NCBI RefSeq assembly: GCF_964355755.1
Contig: NC_092679.1
Location: 8,586,201 to 8,650,200 of the forward strand
DNA length: 64,000 nucleotides
Reading direction: 5' to 3'
Source: Antedon mediterranea
Lineage: Eukaryota; Animalia; Echinodermata
The notes below the pieces were generated by a model, which made no database searches, was not told the origin of the DNA, and saw only the letters and a list, made by a program, of their open reading frames with translations. Each line of letters starts with the position of its first letter. Position 1 is the stretch's first letter. Below, piece by piece: positions 52,101 to 64,000 of this stretch. The position numbers were made by a program, and so were the translations under genes.

Positions 52101-55100
52101 GCCATGCAATTTTTTTTCTGATTATAAAAAAGGTTCACTTGTTTAGGCCTGACATTCACAACCCTCAAAATATCTCACTTTCAAAAACAATATTTATTAA
52201 AAAAAAAAAAAAAAAGAAACTAAATATCCGTAGAGATTCGAACCCACTAGTGAGAGCACTCAAACTTGAGCATTACCCGTGACGCCACAAACCAGTAGAT
52301 GACTGAAGAGCTGATAATACTCAATTTATATGAAATAAATAATAAATCAATGAAAAATAATGCCATGCAACTTTGTTTCTGATTTTAAAAAAGGTCCACT
52401 TTTTTAGGCCTGATATTTACAACCCTCAAAATATCTCACTTTCAAAAACAATATCTATTTTCAATTTAAAAAAAAAAAAATCCCTAGAGGTTCGAACCCA
52501 CTACTGAGAGCACTCAAACCTGAGCATTACCCGTTACGCCACAAACCAGTAGATGACTGAGGAGCTGATAATAGTCTATTTATATGAAATGAATGATCAA
52601 TCAATGAAAAATAATGCCATGCAACTTTGTTTCTGATTTTAAAAAAGGTTCACTTGTTAAGGCCTGACATTCACAACCCTAACAAATATCTCATTTTCAA
52701 AAAAAATATTTATTTTCAATAAGAAAAAAAAAGCAATATCCCTAGAGGTCGGCCCACTACTCAGAGCACTCAAACCTGGGTATTACCCGTTACGCTACAA
52801 ACCAGTAGATAACTGAACAGCTGATAATAGTCTATTTATATGAAATTAATGATCAATCAATGAAAAATAATGCCATGCAACTTTGTTTCTGATTTTAAAA
52901 AAGGTTCATTTGTTTTGGCCTGACATTTACAACCCTCAAAATATCTCACTTTCCAAAAAAATATTTATTTTCAATTAAAAAAGTAAGAAAAAAAATATTC
53001 CTAGAGGTTCGACCCACTACTCAGAGCACTCAAACCTGAGAGCATTACCCGTTACGCCACAAACCAGTAGATAACTGAAGAGCTGATAATAGTCTATTTA
53101 TATGAAATGAATGATCAATCAATGAAAAATAATGCCATGCAACTTTGTTTCTGATTTTAAAAAAGATCCATTTGTTTAGGCCTGACATTCACAACCCTAA
53201 AAAATATCTCATTTTTAAAAAAAATATTTATTTACAATAAGAAAAAAAAAAGCAATATCCCTAGAGGTTGGAACCAGTAGATGACTGAAGAGCTGATAAT
53301 AGTCTATTTATATGAAATGAATAATAAATCAGTGAAAAATAATGCCATGCAATTTTTTTTCTGATTTTAAAAAAGGTTCACTTGTTTAGGCCTGACATTC
53401 ACAACCCTCAAAATATCTCACTTTCAAAAACAATATTTATTTAAAAAAAAAAAAAAAGAAACAAAATATCCGTAGAGTTTCGAACCCACTACTGAGAGCA
53501 CCCAAACTTGAGCATTACCCGTGACGCCACAAACCAGTAGATGACTGAAGAGCTGATAACACTCAATTTATATGAAATAAATAATAAATCAATGAAAAAT
53601 AATGCCATGCAACTTTGTTTCTGATTTTAAAAAAGGTCCACTTTTTTAGGCCTGATATTTACAACCCTCAAAATATCTCACTTTCAAAAACAATATCTAT
53701 TTTCAATTTAAAAAAAAAAAAAATCCCTAGAGGTTCGAACCCACTACTGAGAGCACTCAAACCTGAGCATTACCCGTTACGCCACAAACCAGTAGATGAC
53801 TGAGGAGCTGATAATAGTCTATTTATATGAAATTAATGATCAATCAATGAAAAATAATGCCATGCAACTTTGTTTCTGATTTTAAAAAAGGTTCACTTGT
53901 TTAGGCCTGACATTCACAACCCTAACAAATATCTCATTTTCAACAAAAATATTTATTTTCAATAAGAAAAAAAAAGCAATATCCCTAGAGGTTCGACCCA
54001 CTACTCAGAGCACTCAAACCTGGGTATTACCCGTTACGCTACAAACCAGTAGATAACTGAACAGCTGATAATAGTCTATTTATATTAAATTAATGATCAA
54101 TCAATGAAAAATAATGCCATGCAACTTTGTTTCTGATTTTAAAAAAAGGTTCATTTGTTTAGGCCTGACATTTACAACCCTCAAAATATCTCACTTTACA
54201 AAAAAATATTTATTTTCAATTAAAAAAAAAAGAAAAGAAATATCCCTAGAGGTTCGAACCCACTACTGCGAGCACTCAAACTTGAGCATTACCCGTTACG
54301 CCTCAAACCAGTAGATGTCTGAAGAGCTGATAATAGTCTATTTATAATTATGAAATGAAAAATAAAGCAATGAAAAATAATGCCATGCAACTTTTTTTCT
54401 GATTTTAAAAAAGGTTCACTTGTTTAGGCCTGACATTCACAACCCTCAAAATATCTCACTTTCAAAAACAATATTTATTTAAAAAAGAAAAAAAAGAAAC
54501 AAAATATCCGTAGAGTTTCGAACCCACTACTGAGAGCACTCAAACTTGAGCATTACCCGTGACGCCACTAACCAGTAGATGACTGAAGAGCTGATAACAC
54601 TCAATTTATATGAAATAAATAATAAATCAATGAAAAATAATGCCATGCAACTTTGTTTCTGATTTTAAAAAAGGTCCACTTTTTTAGGCCTGATATTTAC
54701 AACCCTCAAAATATCTCACTTTCAAAAACAATATCTATTTTCAATTTAAAAAAAAAAAAAAATCCCTAGAGGTTCGAACCCACTACTGAGAGCACTCAAA
54801 CCTGAGCATTACCCGTTACGCCACAAACCAGTAGATGACTGAGGAGCTGATAATAGTCTATTTATATGAAATTAATGATCAATCAATGAAAAATAATGCC
54901 ATGCAACTTTGTTTCTGATTTTAAAAAAGGTTCACTTGTTTAGGCCTGACATTCACAACCCTAACAAATATCTCATTTTCAACAAAAATATTTATTTTCA
55001 ATAAGAAAAAAAAGCAATATCCCTAGAGGTTCGACCCACTACTCAGAGCACTCAAACCTGGGTATTACCCGTTACGCTACAAACCAGTAGATAACTGAAC

Positions 55101-58100
55101 AGCTGATAATAGTCTATTTATATTAAATTAATGATCAATCAATGAAAAATAATGCCATGCAACTTTGTTTCTGATTTTAAAAAAAGGTTCATTTGTTTAG
55201 GCCTGACATTTACAACCCTCAAAATATCTCACTTTCCAAAAAAATATTTATTTTCAATTAAAAAAAAAAGAAAAGAAATATCCCTAGAGGTTCGAACCCA
55301 CTACTGCGAGCACTCAAACATGAGCATTACCCGTTACGCCTCAAACCAGTAGATGTCTGAAGAGCTGATAATAGTCTATTTATAATTATGAAATGAATAA
55401 TAAAGCAATGAAAAATAATGCCATGCAACTTTTTTTCTGATTTTAAAAAAGGTTCACTTGTTTAGGCCTGACATTTACAACCCTCAAAATATCTCACTTT
55501 CAAAAACAATATTTATTAAAAAAAAAAAAAAAAAAGAAACAAAATATCCGTAAAGGTTCGAACCCACTAGTGAGAGCATTCAAACTTGAGCATTACCCGT
55601 TACGCCACAAACCAGTAGATGACTGAAGAGCTGATAATACTCTATTTATATGAAAGAAATAATAAATCAATGAAAAATAATGCAATGCAACTTTGTTTCT
55701 GATTTTAAAAAAGGTCCACTTGTTTAGGCCTGATATTTACAACCCTCAAAATATCTCACTTTCAAAAACAATATTTATTTTCAATTTAAAAAAAAAAAAT
55801 ACCTGGAGGTTCAAACCCACTACTGAGAGCACTCAAACCTGAGCATTACCCGTTACGCCACAAACCAGTAGATGACTGAAGAGCTGATAATAGTCTATTT
55901 ATATGAAATAAATGATCAATCAATGAAAAATAATGCCATGCAACTTTGTTTCTGATTTTAAAAAAGGTTCACTTGTTTAGGCCTGACATTCACAACCCTA
56001 AAAAATATCTCATTTTCAAAAAAAATATTTATTTTCAATTAGAAAAAAAAAGCAATATCCCTAGAGGTTCGACACACTACTCAGAGCAATCAAACCTGGG
56101 TATCACCTGTTACGCTACAAACCAGTAGATAACTGAACAGCTGATAATAGTCTATTTATATGAAATTGATGATCAATCAATGAAAAATAATGCCATGCAA
56201 CTTTGTTTCTGATTTTAAAAAAGGTTCATTTGTTTAGGCCTGACATTTACAACCCTCAAAATATCTCACTTTCCAAAAAAATATTTATTTTCAATAAGAA
56301 AAAAAAAAGCAATATCCCTAGAGGCTGGAACCCGCTACTGAGAGCACTCAAACCTGGGTATTACCCGTTACGCCACAAACCAGTAGATAACTGAAGAGCT
56401 GATAATAGTCTATTTATATGAAATTAATGATCAATCAGTGAAAAATAATGCCATGCAACTTTGTTTCTGATTTTAAAAAAGGTTCATTTGTTTAGGCCTG
56501 ACATTTACAACCCTCAAAATATCTCACTTTCAACAAAAATATTTATTTTCAATTTAAAAAAAAAAGAAAAAAAATATCCTTAGAGGTTCGAACCCACTAG
56601 TGAGAGCACTCAAACTTGAGCATTACCCGTTACGCCACAAACCAGTAGATGACTGAAGAGCTGATAATACTCTATTTATATGAAATAAATAATACATCAA
56701 TGAAAAATAATGCCATGCAACTTTGTTTCTGATTTTATAAAAAAGGTCCACTTGTTTAGGCCTGATATTTACAACCCTCAAAATATCTCACTTTCAAAAA
56801 CAGTATTTATTTTAAATTAAAAAAAAAAAAATTCCTAGAGGTTCGAACCCACTACTGAGAGCACTCAAACCTCAGCATTACTCGTCACGCCACAAACCAG
56901 TAGATGACTGAGGAGCTGATAATAGTCTATTTATATGAAATAAATGATCAATCAATGAAAAATAATGCCATGCAACTTTGTTTCTGATTTTAAAAAAGGT
57001 TCACTTGTTTAGGCCTGACAGTTGCAACCCCCAAAAATATCTCACTTTCAAAAACAATATTTATTTTCAATTAAAAAAAAAAGAAAAAAAATACCCGTAT
57101 AGGTTCGAACCCACTACTGAGAGCACTCAAACCTGAGCATTACCCGTTACGCCACAAACCAGTAGATGAGTGAAGAGCTGATAATACTCTATTTATATGA
57201 AATAAATAATACATTAATGAAAAACAATGCCATGCAACTTTGTTTCTGATTTAAAAAATGGTCCACTTGTTTAGGCCTGATATTTACAACCCTCAAAAAA
57301 TCTCACTTTCAAAAACAATATTTATTTTAAATTTAAAAAAAAAATATTCCTAGAGGTTCGAACCCACTACCGAGAGCACTCAAACCTGAGCATTATTCGT
57401 TACGCCACAAACCAGTAGATGACTGAGGAGCTGATAATAGTCTATTTATATGAAATGAATGATCAATCAATGAAAAATAATGCCATGCAACTTTGTTTCT
57501 GATTTTAAAAAAGGTTCACTTGTTTAGGCCTGACATTTACAACCCTCAAAATATCTCACTTTCAAAAACAATATTTATTTTCAATTTAAAAATATCTCAC
57601 TTTCAAAAACAATATTTATTTTCAATTAAAAAAAAAGAAAGAAAAAAAATATTCGTAGAGGTTCGAACCCACTACTGCGAGAACTCAAACCTGAGCACTA
57701 CCGGTTACGCCACAAACCAGTAGATGAGTGAAGAGCTGATAATAGTCTATTTATATGAAATGAATGATCCATCAATGTAAAATGATGTTATGCAACTTTG
57801 TTTCTGATTTAAAAAAAGGTCCACTTGGTTAGGCTTGACATTTAAAACCATAAAAATATCTCACTTTCAAAAAAAAATATTTATTTTCAATAAGAAAAAA
57901 AAAAGCAATATTCCTAGAAGTTGGAACCCGCTACTGAGAGCACTCAAACTTGAGCATTACCCGTTACGCCACAAACCAGTAGATGACTGAAGAGCTGATA
58001 ATACTCTATTTATATGAAATAAATAATAAATCAATGAAAAATAATGCCATGCAACTTTGTTTCTGATTTTAAAAAAGGTCCACTTGTTTAGGCCTGATAT

Positions 58101-59169
58101 TTACAACCCTCAAAATATCTCACTTTCAAAAACAATATCTATTTTCAATTTAAAATTAAAAAAAATCCCTAGAGGTTCGAACCCACTACTGAGAGCACCC
58201 AAACCTGAGCATTACCCGTTACGCCACAAACCAGTAGATGACTGAGGAGCTGATAATAGTCTATTTATATGAAATGAATGATCAATCAATGAAAAATAAT
58301 GCCATGCAACTTTGTTTCTGATTTTAAAAAAGGTTCACTTGTTTAGGCCTGACATTCACAACCCTAAAAAATATCTTATTTTCAAAAAAAATATTTATTT
58401 TCAATAAGAAAAAAAAAGCAATATCCCTAGGGGTTCGACCAACTACTCAGAGTACTCAAACCTGGGTATTACCCGTTACGCTACAAACCAGTAGATAACT
58501 GAACAGCTGATAATAGTCTATTTATATGAAATTAATGATCAATCAATGAAAAATAATGCCATGCAACTTTGTTTCTGATTTTAAAAAAAGGTTCATTTGT
58601 TTAGGCCTGACATTTACAACCCTCAAAATATCTCACTTTCCAAAAAATTATTTATTTTCAATAAGAAAAAAAAAGCAATATCCCTAGAGGTTGGAACCCG
58701 CTACTGAGAGCACTCAAACCTGGGTATTACCCGTTACGCCACAAACCAGTAGATAACTGAAGAAATGATAATAGTCTATTTATATGAAATTAATGATCAA
58801 TCAATGAAAAATAATGCCATGCAACTTTGTTTCTGATTTTAAAAAAGGTTCATTTGTTTAGGCCTGACATTTACAACCCTCAAAATATCTCACTTTCAAC
58901 AAAAATATTTATTTTCAATTTAAAAAAAAAAGAAAAGAAATATCCTTAGAGGTTCGAACCCACTAGTGAGAGCACTCAAACTTAAGCATTACCGTTACGC
59001 CACAAACCAGTAGATGACTGAAGAGCTGATAATACTCTATTTATATGAAATAAATAATACATCAATGAAAATTAATGCCATGCAACTTTATTTCTGATTT
59101 TAAAAAAGGTCCACTTGTTTAGGCCTGATATTTACAACCCTCAAAATATTTCACTTTCAAAAAAAATAT

Positions 59170-59928
59170 TATTTGATCTCATAAATTTTATGTTTAGCGC
59201 CCTCAATTAAATTTAAAAAGAAAATAATTTATCTTCGTGACGTTTTTAGAAGAGAATGTATGTCTCACCGTAGTTTGGTATGCCGTTTGTTATTATGCAA
59301 ATGAGTTTTTGCAGGTGTAGTGGGAAAGATGGTATTGTTTTTGTATTGTAATTCGCGGTCAACACGCCACACTGTTGAATTTTGATTTTGTTAATCAATG
59401 TTGCTACATTGGTAGTGAAATGTCCGATTCATGCAATATATTGTATTGTAATATGTTATGAATAAACATTTATGGATGGTAGTTGGTGTGTATGGCCGCA
59501 CCGTCCCAGAATAAACATGTTTTAAACAGATAATTTGTCTCCGATGATTTTTGTATGGGGTTAATGGAGAGTGAAATAGATCAAATATAGAACATTTGCA
59601 AAGATGCCGATTTCCAGACTGATTTCGAAACTTAGACTAATTCCGCCGCCGGGCTAGGCCTTAGGCATATACGAAGTCGAGTTTTTAAAGTAGAAAACTC
59701 TACCTAAACTTTTCAATTTTTAACAAATATCATAAATATCATAGGTGATTATGTATGGTAATAAGTATATGTATAAGTGCAATTCTGGGCTCTATTTTCA
59801 TTATTAGCTCTGCCCCAAACATGGTGGGCTAGTAGGCCTACTGGAGACCTAATATTTAATTTCATATTTCAATGAATAGGTGCACTTTCCGGGGACAAGC
59901 TCTATTGTCCTTGTTAGTCTTATATATT
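59170..59928. repeat. ~760-bp direct repeat, copy 2 (its start lies at ~29966-29979, split off by the array)
   Basis: Matches 28818-29605 and is truncated on the right by the 88-bp satellite. Confidence 0.95.
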
Positions 59929-62900
59929 AATTGTCTAAAACGTCACCAAATGCGATTTGAAGCTATTCTGTACACTTTGATGTTTTTATGTTAACAAGTT
60001 TTTTCGAAAATCACAAAAGAGTCTAAAATATCTCGAAATGCGATTTGAAGCTATTCTAAGCACTTTGGTGTTTTTATGTTAACAAGTTTTTTCGAAAATC
60101 ACAAAATGGTCTAAAATGTCTCCAAATGCGATTTGAAGCTAATCTTAGCACATTGGTGTTTTTATGTTAAAAAGTTTTTTCGAAAATCACAAAATGGTCT
60201 AAAACGACTCCAAATGCGATTTGAAGCTATTCTGTACACTTTGGTGTTTTTATGTTAACAAGTTTTTTCGAAAATCACAAAATGGTCTAAAACGTCTCCA
60301 AATGCGATTTGAAGCTATTCTGTACACTTTGCTGTTTTGTGTGAAAAATGTTTGTCGAAATCCTCAAAATGGTCAAAAACGTTTTTAAATACGATATTAA
60401 GCTATTTTGGGCTCTTTGATGTTTTTGTGTGAAAAGTTTGATCGAAATGCTCAAAATGGTCTAAAACGGTTTCTAATGTGATTTAAAGCACTTTGATGTT
60501 TTTGTGTAACCAAGTTTTTTCGAAAATCACGAAATGGTCTAAAATGTCTCCAAGTGCGATTTGAAGCTATTCTAAGCACTTTGGTGTTTTTATGGTAACA
60601 AGTTTTCTTGAAAATCACAAAATGGTCTGAAACGTCTCCAAATGCGATTTGAAGCTATTCTGTACACTTTGATGTTTTTATGTTAACAACTTTTTTAGAA
60701 AATCACAAAATGGTCTAAAACGTCTCCAAATGCGATTTGAAGCTATTTTAAGCACTTTGGTGTTTTTATGTTAACAAGTTTTTTCGAAAATCACAAAATG
60801 GTCTAAAATGTCTCCAAATGCGATTTGAAGCTATTTTAAGCACTTTGGTGCTTTTGTGTAACCAAGTTTTTTCGAAAATCACAAAAGGGTCTAAAATATC
60901 TAAAAATGCGATTTGAAGCTATTCTAAGCACTTTGGTGTTTTTATGGTAACAAGTTTTTTCGAAAATCACAAAATGGTCTAAAACGTCTCCAAATGCGAT
61001 TTGAAGTTATTCTGTACACTTTGCTGTTTTGTGTGAAAAATGTTTGTCGAAATCCTCAAAATGGTCAAAAACGTTTTTAAATACGATATTAAGCTATTTT
61101 GTGCTCTTTGATGTTTTTGTGTGAAAAGTTTTATCGAAATGCTCAAAATGGTCTAAAACGGTTTCTAATGTGATTTTAAGCACTTTGGTGCTTTTGTGGA
61201 ACCAAGTTTTTTCGAAAATCACAAAATGGTCTAAAATGTCTCCAAATGCGATTTGAAGCTATTCTAAGCACTTTGATGTTTTTATGTTAACAAGTTTTTT
61301 CGAAAATCACAAAATGGTCTAAAACGTCTACAAATGCGATTTGAAGCTATTCTAAGCACTTTTGTGTTTTTATGTTAACAAGTTTTTTCGAAAATCACAA
61401 AATGGTCTAAAATGTCTCCAAATGCGATTTGAAGCTATTCTTAGCACATTGGTGTTTTTATGTTAACAAGTTTTTTCGAAAATCACAAAATGGTCTAAAA
61501 CGTCTCCAAATGCGATTTGAAGCTATTTTAAGCACTTTGGTGTTTTTGTGTTAACAAGTTTTTCGAAATGCTCAAAATGGTCTAAAACGTTTTTAATTAC
61601 GATATTAAGCTATTTTGTGCTCTTTGATGTTTTTTTGTGAAAAATTTTATCGAAATGTTCAAAATGGTCTAAAACGGTTTCTAATGTGCTTTTAAGCACT
61701 TTGATGTTTTTGTGGAACCAAGTTTTTTCGAAAATCACAAAATGGTCTAAAACGTCTCCAAATGCGATTTGAAGCTATTCTTAGCACATTGGTGTTTTTA
61801 TGTTAACAAGTTTTTTCGAAAATCACGAAATGGTCTAAAACGTCTCCAAATGCGATTTGAAGCTATTTAAAGCACTTTGGTGTTTTTGTGTTAACAAGAT
61901 TTTTCGAAAATCACAAAGCTTTTCTAAGCACTTTGTTGTTTTTATGTTAACAAGTTTTTTCGAAAATCACAAAGTGGTCTAAAACGTCTCCAAATGCGAT
62001 TTGAAGCTATTCTGTACACTTTGATGTTTTTATGTTAACAAGTTTTTTAGAAAATCACAAAATGGTCTAAAACGTCTCCAAATGCGATTTAAAGCTATTT
62101 TAAGCACTTTTGTGTTTTTGTGTAACCAAGTTTTTTCGAAAATCACAAAAGGGTCTAAAATGTCTCTAAATGCGATTTGAAGCTATTTAAAGCACTTTGG
62201 TGTTTTTATGTTAACAAGTTTTTTCGAAAATCACAAAATGGTCTAAAACGTCTACAAATGCGATTTGAAGCTATTCTAAGCACTTTTGTGTTTTTATGTT
62301 AACAAGTTTTTTCGAAAATCACAAAATTGTCTAAAACGTCTCCAAATTCGATTTGAAGCTATTCTAAGCACTTTGGTGTTTTTATGTTAACAAGTTTTTC
62401 GAAAATCACAAAATTGTCTAAAACGTCTCCAAATGCGATTTGAAGCTATTCTGTACACTTTGATGTTTTTATGTTAACAAGTTTTTTAGAAAATCACAAA
62501 ATGGTCTAAAATGTCTCCAAATGCGATTTGAAGCTATTTTAAGCACTTTGGTGCTTTTGTGTAACCAAGTTTTTTCGAAAATCACAAAAGGGTCTAAAAT
62601 GTCTAAACATGCGATTTGAAGCTATTCTAAGCACTTTGGTGTTTTTATGTTAACAAGTTTTTTCGAAAATCACAAAGTGGTCTAAAACGTCTCCAAATGC
62701 GATTTGAAGCTATTCTGTACACTTTGATGTTTTTATGTTAACAAGTTTTTTGAAATGCTCAAAATGGTCTAAAACGTTTTTAAATACGATATTAAGCTAT
62801 TTTGTGCTCTTTGATGTTTTTTTGAGAAAAGTTTTATCGAAATGTTCAAAATGGTCTAAAACGGTTTCTAATGTGATTTTAAGCACTTTGATGTTTTTGT

Positions 62901-64000
62901 GGAACCAAGTTTTTTCGAAAATCACAAAATGGTCTAAAACGTCTCCAAATGCGATTTAAAGCTATTTTAAGCACTTTTGTGTTTTTGTGTAACCAAGTTT
63001 TTTTCGAAAATCACAAAAGGGTCTAAAATGTCTCTAAATGCGATATGAAGCTATTCTAAGCACTTTGGTGTTTTTATGTTAACAAGTTTTTTCGAAAATC
63101 ACAAAATGGTCTAAAACGTCTACAAATGCGAGTTGAAGCTATTCTAAGCACTTTTGTGTTTTTATGTTAACAAGTTTTTTCGAAAATCACAAATTGATCT
63201 AAAACGTCTTCAAATGCGATTTGAAGCTATTCTGTACCCTTTGATGTTTTTATGTTAACAAGTTTTTTCGAAAATCACAAAATGGTCTAAAACGTTTCCA
63301 AATGCGATTTGAAGCTATTCTGTACACTTTGATGTTTTGTGTGTGAAAATTTTTGTCAAAACCAAGTAACCCAGTTTTTTCGAAAATCACAAAAGGGTCT
63401 AAAATGTCTCTAAATGCGATATGAAGCTATTCTAAGCACTTTGGTGTTTTTATGTTAACAAGTTTTTTCGAAAATCACAAAATGGTCTAAAACGTCTACA
63501 AATGCGATTTGAAGCTATTCTAAGCACTTTTGTGTTTTTATGTTAACAAGTTTTTTCGAAAATCACAAATTGATCTAAAACGTCTCCAAATGCGATTTGA
63601 AGCTATTCTGTACACTTTGATGTTTTTATGTTAACAAGTTTTTTCGAAAATCACAAAATGGTCTAAAACGTCTCCAAATGCGATTTGAAGCTATTTAAAG
63701 CACTTTGGTGTTTTTGTGTTAACAAGATTTTTCGAAAATCACAAAAGGGTCTAAAATGTCTAAACATGCGATTTGAAGCTTTTCTAAGCACTTTGGTGTT
63801 TTTATGTTAACAAGTTTTTTCGAAAATCACAAAGTGGTCTAAAACGTCTCCAAATGCGATTTGAAGCTATTCTGTACACTTTGATGTTTTTATGTTAACA
63901 AGTTTTTTCGAAAATCACAAATTGATCTAAAACGTCTTCAAATGCGATTTGAAGCTATTTATTCTGTACCCTTTGATGTTTTTATGTTAACAAGTTTTTT
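59929..64000. repeat. 88-bp AT-rich satellite (~46 copies, runs off window end)
   Basis: Unit AAAATGGTCTAAAACGTCTCCAAATGCGATTTGAAGCTATTCTAAGCACTTTGGTGTTTTTATGTTAACAAGTTTTTTCGAAAATCAC. TGCG recurs at 59951, 60039, 60127 and 60215. Confidence 0.97.

Larger units (their letters stand above)
29980..59169. repeat. ~260-bp tandem satellite array (~110 monomers) with higher-order structure; tRNA-derived core
   Basis: Period ~258-262 bp (e.g. GAACCC at 30041 and 30303). Several monomer subtypes, some with a ~29-bp internal duplication. Higher-order offsets ~2007, ~2420 and ~1038 bp. Confidence 0.98.

Noticed and set aside
28300-58245. Family of 60-79 aa ORFs (MFLILKKVHLFRPDIYNPQ...)
   Set aside because: These are translations of satellite monomers, mostly with TTG starts. 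The frame depends on variable poly-A length.
30100-59160. Hammerhead ribozyme (retrozyme-like) in the 260-bp monomer: CTGAAGA/CTGAGGA followed by GAAA
   Set aside because: CUGANGA and GAAA are present on the + strand, but I could not build a stem II closing pair or a stem I. Common variants (GTGAAGA, CTGAACA) break the core. An Infernal/RNAMotif hammerhead search would settle it.
29980-59169. CRISPR array or functional tRNA gene cluster
   Set aside because: The inter-motif sequence is itself repeated (no unique spacers) and there are no cas genes. The tRNA-like core lacks an acceptor stem and a canonical anticodon arm.
28818-59928. LTR retrotransposon with ~790-bp LTRs
   Set aside because: No TG...CA ends, PBS/PPT or gag-pol. 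The second copy is better explained as a tandem paralog split by the array.

Overview
This is a eukaryotic (probably invertebrate) heterochromatin-like window with no credible protein-coding gene; nearly all listed ORFs arise from repeats or AT-rich noise. Three satellite families sit side by side. (1) A purine-rich ~19-bp (GA)n-TAGATCAGC minisatellite covers 1-27603. It is interrupted by a LINE-like 3' fragment with an 8-bp TSD, a duplicated 119-bp island, and a 3.9-kb non-autonomous TIR element carrying nested Helentron/Helitron-like pieces. (2) A ~260-bp satellite array covers 29980-59169 (~110 monomers). Most monomers carry a tRNA-derived A-box, B-box and oligo-T terminator, i.e. a potential RNA Pol III mini-gene. 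The whole array sits between 8-bp direct repeats (TATTTGAT) inside the second copy of a duplicated sequence, and it contains a ~4.6-kb fold-back quasi-palindrome and a HINE-like insertion. (3) An 88-bp satellite covers 59929-64000. Between the first two arrays is a tRNA-Ile-like, SINE-like structured element. The most notable signals are the Pol III-cassette satellite and its apparent en-bloc insertion. All coordinates were read by eye and no searches were run.
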